From: an uncultured Anaerolineales bacterium
GTDB taxonomy: Bacteria; Chloroflexota; Anaerolineae; UBA1429
Direction: 5' to 3'
DNA length: 64,000 nt
NCBI GenBank assembly: GCA_964651255.1
Contig: CAZYWU010000002.1
Span: 16,038-80,037, forward strand
Part shown: piece after piece, positions 38,107 to 46,550 of the stretch
Layout: the number at the start of each line of letters is the position of its first letter
Numbering within the stretch: position 1 is the stretch's first letter
The notes under the pieces: generated by a model
Databases searched by the model: none
What the model saw: the letters and a program-made list of their open reading frames with translations, nothing else
Told to the model about the DNA's origin: nothing
Translations under genes and position numbers: made by a program

Positions 38107-39858
38107 TCACACCCGGCTCACACAAGCGCTGTGGCAGGCGCTGTGACAGGCGCTGTGGACACAGGCGCTGTGGCAGGCACTGTGACAGGCGTCGTGAACA
38201 CAGGCGCTGTGACAGGCATCGTGCACGCAGGCGCTGTGGCAGGCGCTGTGACAGGCGCTATGGCTCGGGGCAGACACCTCGTCTCCAAGCAGCCCGCCCG
38301 CCGCTCGCTCGATGCGATCCACCGTACGTCCCATGACCTCCTCCACGCCCCGGGTGAGCTGATCCGCCATATTCTCCAGAGGGCGCACGGTCTCATCGGC
38401 CATCGTAAAGATCGGACCGGGGGTACTGGAGCTTGTCGCAGGACGCGGCACACCGGCAGGGCTATACGTGTTTTCGCTGAGGATTACCCAGGGCATATAA
38501 GTGGGCATATGCACCGGCGTCCCCATCTGGGTCTCGTGCTCGTACTCGCGCCAGGCCTCCTCGATGCGGCGACGATATTCTTCTCGGGTCTTGTCCGGGT
38601 CAGCGTTCCACATTTTGGGCTGAACCACATCGGCCACGGCCTGCAGGATCGTCGGAATCTGGTCCTTGTCGATTGTGCCATCCTCGAGGATGGCCTTGAG
38701 CAGCGCCTGCTCGTACACGGGCAGCGCAGCGATCTCCTCGTCCGTGCGACGCAGCAACTCGAGCTGCAGCGGCTGGCGATTGACGATATTGACGAAACCC
38801 TTTTGCTCCAGCGACACAACGATGAGGGCCACCGTCTTGGTAGAGTTGCCCATATAGAACGCTGTCTCAATGGCGGTCAGATCCGGTACCACGCCCTCGG
38901 TCTGGAATGTCTCGACCTCGATCTCGGGCGGCATATAGGTCCTGGTGGGCTTGCGCTTGCGCAGGGCCCAGATCACCAGACCCAGCACGACCGCTGCGAC
39001 AGGCGCGCCGATGCAGCAGGTAAGCTCGTTAAAGAGCGACTCGACCGCCTCGCCGACGGTCAACGGTTCTTCGGCGACTGCCGGCGTCGGCCTGTCCAGG
39101 GGAATGGGCGTCTCACGGGTCACCGTGATCGAACCGCCCGGCAGGAAAAAGGCAGGGATCATCTGGGCCATCGCGGGCTGGTTCGTTTCTGCTACCAGGA
39201 TGGAAAGATAGTTCTTACCGCTCGCCTCATCAGGCGTCGAAAAGTACACCCACCGGTCGAATGCATCGGCGTTATTCACAACCAGACCGGCTTCATTCAC
39301 CAGCGCATCCGTCACCTGCTCCGCCGTGGTCACATCGGCGGGCAGCTCTATCGGCAGGATGTAGCGGATTTCCTGGTAGGCGATGGGCAAGGACCATTGG
39401 AAGGGAGCCCAGCCTATGGCCCGGTACGGCTGCCCCCCGATGCTGGTTTCATCAAAGACGGAACGGTCGACGCTGTACCGGATGTGAACCTCATACTGGC
39501 TGTTGAGCTCCGTCCTGATGCCAAAGTTCACCGCATACGCAGTGGGCCCACCGGACAGGTTGACAGGAAATCGTCCGTCCGGGCCCACACCGTAGGCATC
39601 CGTGATCGTGTGCGGTTGCGGGAACTGGCCCAATTCGCGAAAACCCTCGCGTCCCGCTGCTTCGAGTTCGGTAAAGGTGATCGTATAGCGCACATCCAGC
39701 CGCCCATCGCTGAGCACGACGACATAGTTCTCGATGGAATCGAGAGATATGGGGTCTCCCTGTGCCTGCGTGGCAAGACCGCTGGACAAGAGCACCAGCA
39801 ACAGAGCCAGCGAAATCCAGGTCACCCTGCTCAAGCGTCGCATAGCGATTCTCCTCAT
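38107..39858 (-). CDS. DUF2207-like bitopic membrane protein ending in a C-terminal (HSAC/VHDAC)x11 Cys/His repeat tail
   Basis: Signal peptide MRRIAMRRLSRVTWISLALLLVLL, extracellular beta domain (ISLDSIENYVVVLSDGRLDVRYTITF), TM CCIGAPVAAVVLGLVIWAL, cytoplasmic domain, then SAPSHSACHSACHSACVHDACHSACVHDACHSACHSACVHSACHSACHSACVSRV stop. GGGAGAGG RBS before the ATG at 39858. Confidence 0.7.
   Translation of the reverse strand: MRRIAMRRLSRVTWISLALLLVLLSSGLATQAQGDPISLDSIENYVVVLSDGRLDVRYTITFTELEAAGREGFRELGQFPQPHTITDAYGVGPDGRFPVNLSGGPTAYAVNFGIRTELNSQYEVHIRYSVDRSVFDETSIGGQPYRAIGWAPFQWSLPIAYQEIRYILPIELPADVTTAEQVTDALVNEAGLVVNNADAFDRWVYFSTPDEASGKNYLSILVAETNQPAMAQMIPAFFLPGGSITVTRETPIPLDRPTPAVAEEPLTVGEAVESLFNELTCCIGAPVAAVVLGLVIWALRKRKPTRTYMPPEIEVETFQTEGVVPDLTAIETAFYMGNSTKTVALIVVSLEQKGFVNIVNRQPLQLELLRRTDEEIAALPVYEQALLKAILEDGTIDKDQIPTILQAVADVVQPKMWNADPDKTREEYRRRIEEAWREYEHETQMGTPVHMPTYMPWVILSENTYSPAGVPRPATSSSTPGPIFTMADETVRPLENMADQLTRGVEEVMGRTVDRIERAAGGLLGDEVSAPSHSACHSACHSACVHDACHSACVHDACHSACHSACVHSACHSACHSACVSRV
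38110..38265. repeat. 12-nt (occasionally 15-nt) periodic DNA repeat GGCGCTGTG(G/A)CA encoding the Cys-His tail
   Basis: About 11 in-frame units (minus strand TGC/TGT CAC AGC GCC = C H S A) verified codon by codon. Confidence 0.85.
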
Positions 39859-40583
39859 GATTGCAGCCTCTCCCTTATTACGCGCCAGGCGAACAAAGGT
39901 AGCGCGAGCATCCGGCGCCAGCGCGATGGCTGCCTGATGAGCCGGTAGAGCCACTCCAGACCATGCTCGCGCATCCATACCGGCGCGCGCCGCTGCACAC
40001 CGGCAATAAAGTCGAGACTGCCCCCCACCCCGATCGCGACTGGCACTTGAAGACGTACCTGGTTGCGGGCGATCCACAGGTCCTGTGCAGGCGCCCCATA
40101 GGCAACGAGAAGGACATCAGGCCTTGCGTCCGTGATCAGGGCAACGCTCAGTTCGTCATCTTCTGGCCGCGGCGAACCGGGGTGCGTCCCAACAATCTGT
40201 GTCCCGGGATACCGCTTGCGCAGGCGCTCTGCTGCGATATCCGCCACGCCCGGAGCAGCGCCCAGCAGAAAAAGCGTAAAGCCCTCACGAGAGCTGCGCT
40301 CCGCCAGGAGCGGCACCATATCCGAGCCAGCCACGCGAGCGCGCAGCGGCTTGCCAAGGACGCGAGATGCCCACAGCAGGCCCTGGCCGTCTGGTATGGC
40401 CAGATCGGCGCGCTCCAGCACATCAGCAAAAGCCCGATCGCGACTGGCCCTGATGATGAACTCTGGGTTCACCGTGGCGATCTGATGCGCTCCACCGTGC
40501 GCGACCATCTCCGAAACCATCGCCAGGGTCTCATCCATGGTTACGTCATCGACGCGCACACCAAGGATTCGGATCGACTCCAA
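39855..40583 (-). CDS. WecB/TagA/CpsF-family glycosyltransferase (GT26)
   Basis: ILGVRVDDVTMDETL...ATVNPEFIIRA...LLGAAPGVADIAA...WLYRLIRQP family signature. Stop overlaps the downstream start (ATGA). Confidence 0.8.
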   Translation of the reverse strand: MESIRILGVRVDDVTMDETLAMVSEMVAHGGAHQIATVNPEFIIRASRDRAFADVLERADLAIPDGQGLLWASRVLGKPLRARVAGSDMVPLLAERSSREGFTLFLLGAAPGVADIAAERLRKRYPGTQIVGTHPGSPRPEDDELSVALITDARPDVLLVAYGAPAQDLWIARNQVRLQVPVAIGVGGSLDFIAGVQRRAPVWMREHGLEWLYRLIRQPSRWRRMLALPLFAWRVIRERLQS

Positions 40584-40589
40584 GCGATT

Positions 40590-41705
40590 CTACCCCTTTC
40601 GAGCGGCCGCTTCCAGTGTGGCCATCACTGTCTGTGCGCATGCCTGCCAGGTAAAGCGCCCTGCCTGCACAATGCCCCGCGCCGCAAGATCCTGACGCAG
40701 AGACGGGTACAGCCACAGCCGGCGCATGGCATCCTCGAGCTCGCTCTGGTTTCCTGGATCAAATAACAGAGCCGCGTCGCCCGCGACCTCAGGCAACGAT
40801 GATACCCGGGAACAGATCACGGGAGTGCCGCATGCCATGGCCTCGTGGACAGGCAACCCAAAGCCCTCGTACCAGCTCGGCAGAATGAACCCGAACGCAC
40901 CGCTCAAGAGCGCGGCCAGATCCTCCGGATTCACAAAGCCCGGAAACACAATGCGGTCGGCAAACCCTGATGCAGCCACGGCAGCCTGAACACGATCATA
41001 GTACCATCCGGGGCGCCCCGCGAGGACGAGCCGCATCTCGCGCGGCAAGGCCCCCTGCGCCAATGCTGCAAAAGCCCCGATCAGGGTCTCCAAATTCTTG
41101 CGTGGCTGCAGAGTGCCCACGTAAAGCCAGTACAGCTCGCCCGTCCCGTAACGTTCCCGGACGTCGCGTAACCTGGCTGGATCGGTCACCGGAGCCATTC
41201 CAGGGGTTCCCGCCGGGTAGGCGACCACGATCTTGTCAGGTCCGCACAATCCCTCGGCGAGGATATCGCTGCGCGTCGCATAGGAATCCGCCAGGACACG
41301 TTGAGCGCTCTTGCAGTTCCACGCCGTTCCCAGCTTGAGATAGGCCCGATCCAACGGCCGGTGCGCCTGGGCATGGTGCAGATATCCCAGGTCGTGAACG
41401 GTGGCGACAGCAGGGCAGCGCCGCACCCACGGCAATACGTGAGCCGGAACAAACAGCACGTCAGGCGGGTGGCAGGTGACCTCACGGGCCAGGCAGCGGT
41501 GCGTCCAGAGGCGCTGTGCAGGCAGCACGCGCCAGGAGACATTGGCCCCCTCGACAAGCCCCCTTCGAGGCTCTTGGTCAGCATAGAGGATGAAATGGTG
41601 TGACCCGTCCAGAGCCGCGAGCGCCTGGATCAGGTACAGAGAATAGTTCTCCGTGCCGGTCCTTTGGCTGCGCAGGGCGCGGCTCGCATCGATACCGATC
41701 AGCAT
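40590..41705 (-). CDS. Glycosyltransferase family 4
   Basis: MLIGIDASRALRSQRTGTENY N-terminus and C-terminal GT4 domain (FILPSWYEGFGLPVHEAMACGTPVI). ATG at 41705 overlaps the upstream stop (ATGCTGA). Confidence 0.8.
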   Translation of the reverse strand: MLIGIDASRALRSQRTGTENYSLYLIQALAALDGSHHFILYADQEPRRGLVEGANVSWRVLPAQRLWTHRCLAREVTCHPPDVLFVPAHVLPWVRRCPAVATVHDLGYLHHAQAHRPLDRAYLKLGTAWNCKSAQRVLADSYATRSDILAEGLCGPDKIVVAYPAGTPGMAPVTDPARLRDVRERYGTGELYWLYVGTLQPRKNLETLIGAFAALAQGALPREMRLVLAGRPGWYYDRVQAAVAASGFADRIVFPGFVNPEDLAALLSGAFGFILPSWYEGFGLPVHEAMACGTPVICSRVSSLPEVAGDAALLFDPGNQSELEDAMRRLWLYPSLRQDLAARGIVQAGRFTWQACAQTVMATLEAAARKG

Positions 41706-42049
41706 GTCAGTGTTTCTGTACCAGAGACTGAACAATGTATCCCAAGACCGGGTACCACCAGGATCACAGGCCACAGCGTCACCATATCAGACCACTCGCC
41801 CGATCCGATGGTGATGTACAGAAAGACGGCTGCAGACAACAGGGCAGTCACCCCAAACCAGACCGCGCCGCTGTGGCGTAGATCCTGATTCAGTGATTGA
41901 ACGAGGCTCTCGATACCTGCCCCTGCCAGCGAGAGAGGCCAGAACGCCCCACAGCCGGGCAACGGCACGCCGACGGCGCGCGGGAACTGATACGCACCAA
42001 CCAGGACCAGGCCGCCTCCGAGCACCAGCGAACCCTGTTTATCTCGCAT
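41699..42049 (-). CDS. Small hydrophobic membrane protein (3 TM), hypothetical
   Basis: Only hydrophobicity and translational coupling to flanking genes support this call. Confidence 0.35.
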   Translation of the reverse strand: MRDKQGSLVLGGGLVLVGAYQFPRAVGVPLPGCGAFWPLSLAGAGIESLVQSLNQDLRHSGAVWFGVTALLSAAVFLYITIGSGEWSDMVTLWPVILVVPGLGIHCSVSGTETLTC

Positions 42050-43097
42050 CGTAGCATCGCTGTCCGGCCTGCAGACCCGAGCCCCCCACCTCGCCGCTCA
42101 CGTGAGTCGGAATCACCTGTGTAGCGCCGCTGGACTGCAGGGCTTCCTGCACCACCTCCCGCTGCCGGTCGTCCACCAGCGCGATCATGCAACCCCCCAT
42201 GCCGCCCCCAGAAAGCTTGGCGCCAAGAGCGCCAGCATCTCGCGCGGCGCGAACCAGCAGCTCCAGCTCCGGGCTCGACACGCCGATCGCCGCAAGCAGT
42301 GCATGGTTCTGATCCATCAGCGGACCGAGTTTCTCCAGCGCGCCGCTGCTGAGCGCCTTCCGCGCCTGATACACAATCTCGCCGATGGCATCAAAGCAAC
42401 CCTCCAGGACCTCAGGCGTCTCCTGATGCCGACCTTTAACCATCGCCACCGACTCCCGCGTGCTGGCAGGCACACCGGTATCGCCAATCAACAGCGTGAG
42501 GCGCTTTGGCAAAGACAAGGGCTCCGGGCGCTCGCCGTGGACGAACCAGACGGGCTGATCGTAGACCACCGTGGTGTTGTCGATCCCACTGGGGTTACCG
42601 TGCAACATCTTCTCTGTCGTGAACACAAGCGCTGAGAGACGTTCCCGCGCAAGTGCGACGCCGAGATGCGCTGCCACCGCGCGCATCAAAGCAGCGGACA
42701 CAGCCGCGCCGCTCCCCATCCCTCGCGCAATCGGGATGTCGGATTCAACCGTTACCTCGATATCCAGTACAGCGCTATCAACACCCAGTTCGCCGAGCAC
42801 CAGGGCCAACGCGGCCTGCAAAAACCGTCCGTCATCATCTGCATCGCCACCGGCGCCCGCGTACCGCTTGCCGAGATCCCTGGCTACCAATCGGATCCCC
42901 ATGGCGGCGGGCAAATCCGCGACAGTCACACGCGCCCTGCGCCCACTGACAGGCACCGCGATAGCAGGTCGGCCATACACCACCGCATGCTCACCAAAAA
43001 GGATGGTTTTGCCGGGGGCAGTAGCGCTCGTCTCAAGTCGCTGGCTGCTGCTGCGCATTTGTTCGTACACTTCTCCGGGCGGGACGGTGTCAGACAC
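42039..43097 (-). CDS. mvk: Mevalonate kinase (GHMP kinase family)
   Basis: APGKTILFGEHAVVYG N-terminal motif, GMGSGAAVSAAL ATP-binding loop, ~340 aa. Start is GTG at 43097 or ATG at 43058. Confidence 0.8.
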   Translation of the reverse strand: MSDTVPPGEVYEQMRSSSQRLETSATAPGKTILFGEHAVVYGRPAIAVPVSGRRARVTVADLPAAMGIRLVARDLGKRYAGAGGDADDDGRFLQAALALVLGELGVDSAVLDIEVTVESDIPIARGMGSGAAVSAALMRAVAAHLGVALARERLSALVFTTEKMLHGNPSGIDNTTVVYDQPVWFVHGERPEPLSLPKRLTLLIGDTGVPASTRESVAMVKGRHQETPEVLEGCFDAIGEIVYQARKALSSGALEKLGPLMDQNHALLAAIGVSSPELELLVRAARDAGALGAKLSGGGMGGCMIALVDDRQREVVQEALQSSGATQVIPTHVSGEVGGSGLQAGQRCYDAR

Positions 43098-43183
43098 TCA
43101 TCAGTGCAGCATGATAGCACAATAGCAGTACAGGAGTCAGTCGTCTACCCCTGCTCACTCTTAGGACTCCAGCCTGGCAATAA

Positions 43184-43213
43184 GCGAGGGTGTGGGGATC
43201 CCCACACCCTCGC
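43184..43213. terminator. 30-nt perfect palindrome GCGAGGGTGTGGGGA|TCCCCACACCCTCGC (loop-less 15-bp hairpin), ~25 nt downstream of the lipoprotein gene stop
   Basis: Perfect dyad symmetry seen directly; no U-tract on either strand. Confidence 0.4.
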
Positions 43214-43235
43214 CGAACCCAGGCAACGCCCGCAA

Positions 43236-44387
43236 TTACTGGACCATGATCGAGCCTTCGGTCATATCATCAGATTCGGACAGCATGATCATCGCCGTGC
43301 GCCCATCTTTGGAGTAGTTCAGCATTCCCTCATACTCCGAGTCCAGGGTCCAGCCCTCGACCTCCATCTGCTCCCTGTAAAACGCAGATACGTCCGCAAG
43401 CGCTGCCTCGACTTCAAAACCTACTATCCCAGCCATGGCCATCGTCATCGTGGCGCCAGGGTAGAGAGGCACGTCATCAGGCAACCCGGGCGCGTCAACA
43501 CCGGCTGGAGCCTCGATCGTGAACGGCTCATTGATGTCGGTGATGACCGCTTCACTGCGATACTCGTGCCGGATACCTTCATCATCTTCACCGATCCACT
43601 CTGAGATACTGCGCAGCGCAACATTGTACTCGTCGGACACCCAGGTCTGTACAGAGCCCTCGATGAGCTTGCCAGTCGCGCCCCAGATACTGCTATAGGC
43701 CCCAAATACGCCCGCATCACAGACATACAGCGTGGCGCCCTGGCCGTCGACCTCTTCGCGGCCCTTGCGCGAGCAGCTAGGGTCATCGAGGTAATTGCCG
43801 GCGCTCACCCAGTTGGTGATGTCCGCCGCGGCCTCGGGTTCCTCCGCGTCCTCACTGGTGTAGGAGATCCACTCGGCCTGGCCCTCATCATTCTCGTCTC
43901 CGCGCATATAGGTCGTGGTGCCGATCTGGACGGTCTCCCAGGATTCTTCCTCGCCTTCCTCATCCACACTGGTCCAGACCATCCGTGTCGCCGCTGGATC
44001 CCGTACAAATTCCATGACGAGCGTCCACTCGGTGACCTCGCCGTCGGAAACCGTGCGAGTCGTCATGGTCTGGCGGTAGCTGTCCAGGGTGTCCAGGGAT
44101 CGGATGTCGGGCGCCTCTACAGAAACAGAGTCCTCCGTCTCGGCCTCGTCCTTGTCCCCGGCGTCCACTTTTTCGACTGACGACTGTACGTCCGCAACAT
44201 CATCAGTGTCTTTATCAAGTGCGGACGGCGGAGCCACATCATCACTGACATCATCGCGGCCTGCAGCATCCTGCGCCCCGTCTACGGCGACGGCCTCCTG
44301 TGGCGCACTCTCCTGTCCCGAGCACCCCGCCAGGGGAACCATCAGCAGAACAAGCAAAACCAGAGCAACAAGTATCCGTAACTTCAT
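43236..44387 (-). CDS. Acidic secreted lipoprotein, hypothetical
   Basis: MKLRILVALVLLVLLMVPLAGC signal plus lipobox; D/E-rich low-complexity N-terminal region. AGGAGG 9 nt upstream of the ATG at 44387. Confidence 0.55.
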   Translation of the reverse strand: MKLRILVALVLLVLLMVPLAGCSGQESAPQEAVAVDGAQDAAGRDDVSDDVAPPSALDKDTDDVADVQSSVEKVDAGDKDEAETEDSVSVEAPDIRSLDTLDSYRQTMTTRTVSDGEVTEWTLVMEFVRDPAATRMVWTSVDEEGEEESWETVQIGTTTYMRGDENDEGQAEWISYTSEDAEEPEAAADITNWVSAGNYLDDPSCSRKGREEVDGQGATLYVCDAGVFGAYSSIWGATGKLIEGSVQTWVSDEYNVALRSISEWIGEDDEGIRHEYRSEAVITDINEPFTIEAPAGVDAPGLPDDVPLYPGATMTMAMAGIVGFEVEAALADVSAFYREQMEVEGWTLDSEYEGMLNYSKDGRTAMIMLSESDDMTEGSIMVQ

Positions 44388-44552
44388 CTGTGCACTCCTC
44401 CTATTATCATCATACAGCATAACCAAGTCTATCACACTATTGAGTCAAGTCAATAGGCAGCAGCGTAAATCATGCAATTGCCGGGTTGCGCCATAATCCA
44501 AGGCTGCTACAATGACAGGGTGTGTTCGTTGACCAATGCAGTGGAGGGAGAC

Positions 44553-46448
44553 ATGACGCGTGGCGTGCTGAACAAGATCCTCAGAGTCGACCTGACGACA
44601 GGATCGCTCACCGTAGAAGAGAAGAACGATCACTACTATCGGCGCTATCTCGGAGGCTGGAACATTGTTGCGGACACGCTCCTGCGCGAGGTTCCGAAGG
44701 GTGCCGACCCGCTCGGACCCGACAACCGGCTGGTTTTCAGCGCCGGCATCCTGGCCGGCATGGCACTGTCCGGGGCGTCGCGCAGCGTGGCCGGCGCGAA
44801 ATCGCCATTGACTGGCGGCTTTGGTGTGGGCGAGTCCGGCGGCAACTTTGGCCCCGAACTCAAGCGCGCAGGCTTTGATGCCATCATCGTCCAAGGGGCA
44901 GCGTCCCACCCGGTGTACCTCTGGATCAAGGACGGCGTCGCCGAGTTGCGCGATGCGACCGCGGCCTGGGGGAAACAGACCAAGGAAACACATGAGACTC
45001 TGATTTCTGAGCTAGGCGAGCGCCGTGCCCAGTGCGCCATGATCGGCCCAGCCGGAGAGAATCTGGTCAAGTATGCCTGCATCATGCATGGCCTCTATGA
45101 CGCCGCGGGCCGCACCGGGCTCGGGGCCGTGATGGGATCGAAAAAGCTCAAGGCGATCGTGGTCCGTGGGACCAATAACATCACGGGCGCCGATCCTGAC
45201 AAGATCCGCGCCATGGCCCGTGGCATGGCCGAGGACGTTCGCGAGGGCCGCAAGGCCGCCCACATGGCTGCCTGGGGCACGGGTGCCGACCAGGTAGGTA
45301 TGATTGCCACGGGCAACCTGCCCACGCGGAACTTTCGCGATGGGGACTTTGATCCCGAAGGGGCGCGTGAGATCAGTTCCATGGATTTCATGCCCAAGTA
45401 TGGTCTGGGCATGGAGGGATGCTGGGGCTGCGCCGTTCGCTGCAAAAAGATCGTCAAGTTCGAGGGCAAGTACGACGTAGACCCAGACTATGGCGGACCG
45501 GAATACGAGACAATCGGAATGCTCGGATCGAACTGCGGGGTGAGCGATATTGCCGCGGTCTCCATGGGCAGCGAGCTCTGCAATGCCAATGGGCTGGACG
45601 TCATTGGTACCGGCGGCTGCATTGCCCTCGCGATGGAAGCCTTTGAGAACGGCCTGTTGGACACCGACAGGACAGGCGGCCTTGAGATTCGCTTTGGCGA
45701 CGGTGACGTGATGGTGGAACTCATCAAAAAGATCGCGATGCGTGAGGGGATCGGGGACCTTCTTTCCGATGGACCAGCCAAGGTCGCCGAGAAAATCGGC
45801 GGCGATGCATGGCGATATGCCATGGCGGTCAAGAACCAGGCGTTCCCTGCACACGAGCCTCGCTTCAAACGCGCCCTGGCGATCGGCTATGCCGTCTCGC
45901 CGACCGGTGCGGATCACATGCACTCCCTGCATGACGCGGGTTTACAGAATGCAGACGCCAACGGATTCCTGCCCAACGATACGCTGCGAGCGCTCGGACT
46001 TATTGATCCGGTGCCGCTCGAGTCACTCGGGCCGGACAAGGTGCGCTTGCACACAGTAAACCAAATCGACCGTGGAACACAGAACTGCATGATTCTGTGC
46101 AACTTTGTCCCCTGGACGATCGCCCAGCGCGTCGAGCTGATCAACGCCGCTACAGGCTGGGATATGAGCGCCGTGGAGCTGTACACCGTGGGCGAACGCG
46201 CAATGACTCTGGCAAGGGTCTTTAACTTACGTGAAGGCCTCACGACCGCCGATGACAGGTTGCCTGAGCGGTCGTACGGCCCGACGCGCAATGGCGCCCT
46301 GGCCGACGGCGGTATCGACCGCGAGGAGCTTGAGGAAGCGGTCCATATGTACTATGGCATGATGGGCTGGGACGAGAAGACAGGCGTCCCTACGCGAGCC
46401 ACGCTGGAACGCCTGGGCATCGGCTGGGCTGAGCAGTACCTGCCCTGA
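44553..46448 (+). CDS. aor: Aldehyde:ferredoxin oxidoreductase (tungstopterin AOR family)
   Basis: ILRVDLTTGSL...YLGGWN...GPDNRLVFSAGILAG...SPLTGGFGVGESGGNFGPELKRAGFDAIIVQG N-terminal AOR domain and full-length ~630 aa. GGAGGG RBS before the ATG. Confidence 0.9.
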   Translation: MTRGVLNKILRVDLTTGSLTVEEKNDHYYRRYLGGWNIVADTLLREVPKGADPLGPDNRLVFSAGILAGMALSGASRSVAGAKSPLTGGFGVGESGGNFGPELKRAGFDAIIVQGAASHPVYLWIKDGVAELRDATAAWGKQTKETHETLISELGERRAQCAMIGPAGENLVKYACIMHGLYDAAGRTGLGAVMGSKKLKAIVVRGTNNITGADPDKIRAMARGMAEDVREGRKAAHMAAWGTGADQVGMIATGNLPTRNFRDGDFDPEGAREISSMDFMPKYGLGMEGCWGCAVRCKKIVKFEGKYDVDPDYGGPEYETIGMLGSNCGVSDIAAVSMGSELCNANGLDVIGTGGCIALAMEAFENGLLDTDRTGGLEIRFGDGDVMVELIKKIAMREGIGDLLSDGPAKVAEKIGGDAWRYAMAVKNQAFPAHEPRFKRALAIGYAVSPTGADHMHSLHDAGLQNADANGFLPNDTLRALGLIDPVPLESLGPDKVRLHTVNQIDRGTQNCMILCNFVPWTIAQRVELINAATGWDMSAVELYTVGERAMTLARVFNLREGLTTADDRLPERSYGPTRNGALADGGIDREELEEAVHMYYGMMGWDEKTGVPTRATLERLGIGWAEQYLP

Positions 46449-46471
46449 TACACTCGGTCGCTACGAAAGCG

Positions 46472-46513
46472 CTCGGGCCCCGTCACACCTATGATTGGGA
46501 TGGGGCCCGAGCA
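46472..46513. terminator. Hairpin GCTCGGGCCCC-N20-GGGGCCCGAGC between convergent aor and ADH genes
   Basis: 11-bp perfect stem; large loop; no T-tract. Confidence 0.3.
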
Positions 46514-46550
46514 TTCATGGCCACTGTTCTAACCGCAGCTAATCACGCTC

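Noticed and set aside
38107-38270. Assignment of the Cys-His tail to the Haft His-Xaa-Ser (HxsA) repeat system
   Set aside because: The repeat is H-S-A-C (C-x3-C spacing), not H-x-S, and the neighbouring rSAM has a fused RRE and a single SPASM domain rather than the HxsB/HxsC pair; at most an analogy.
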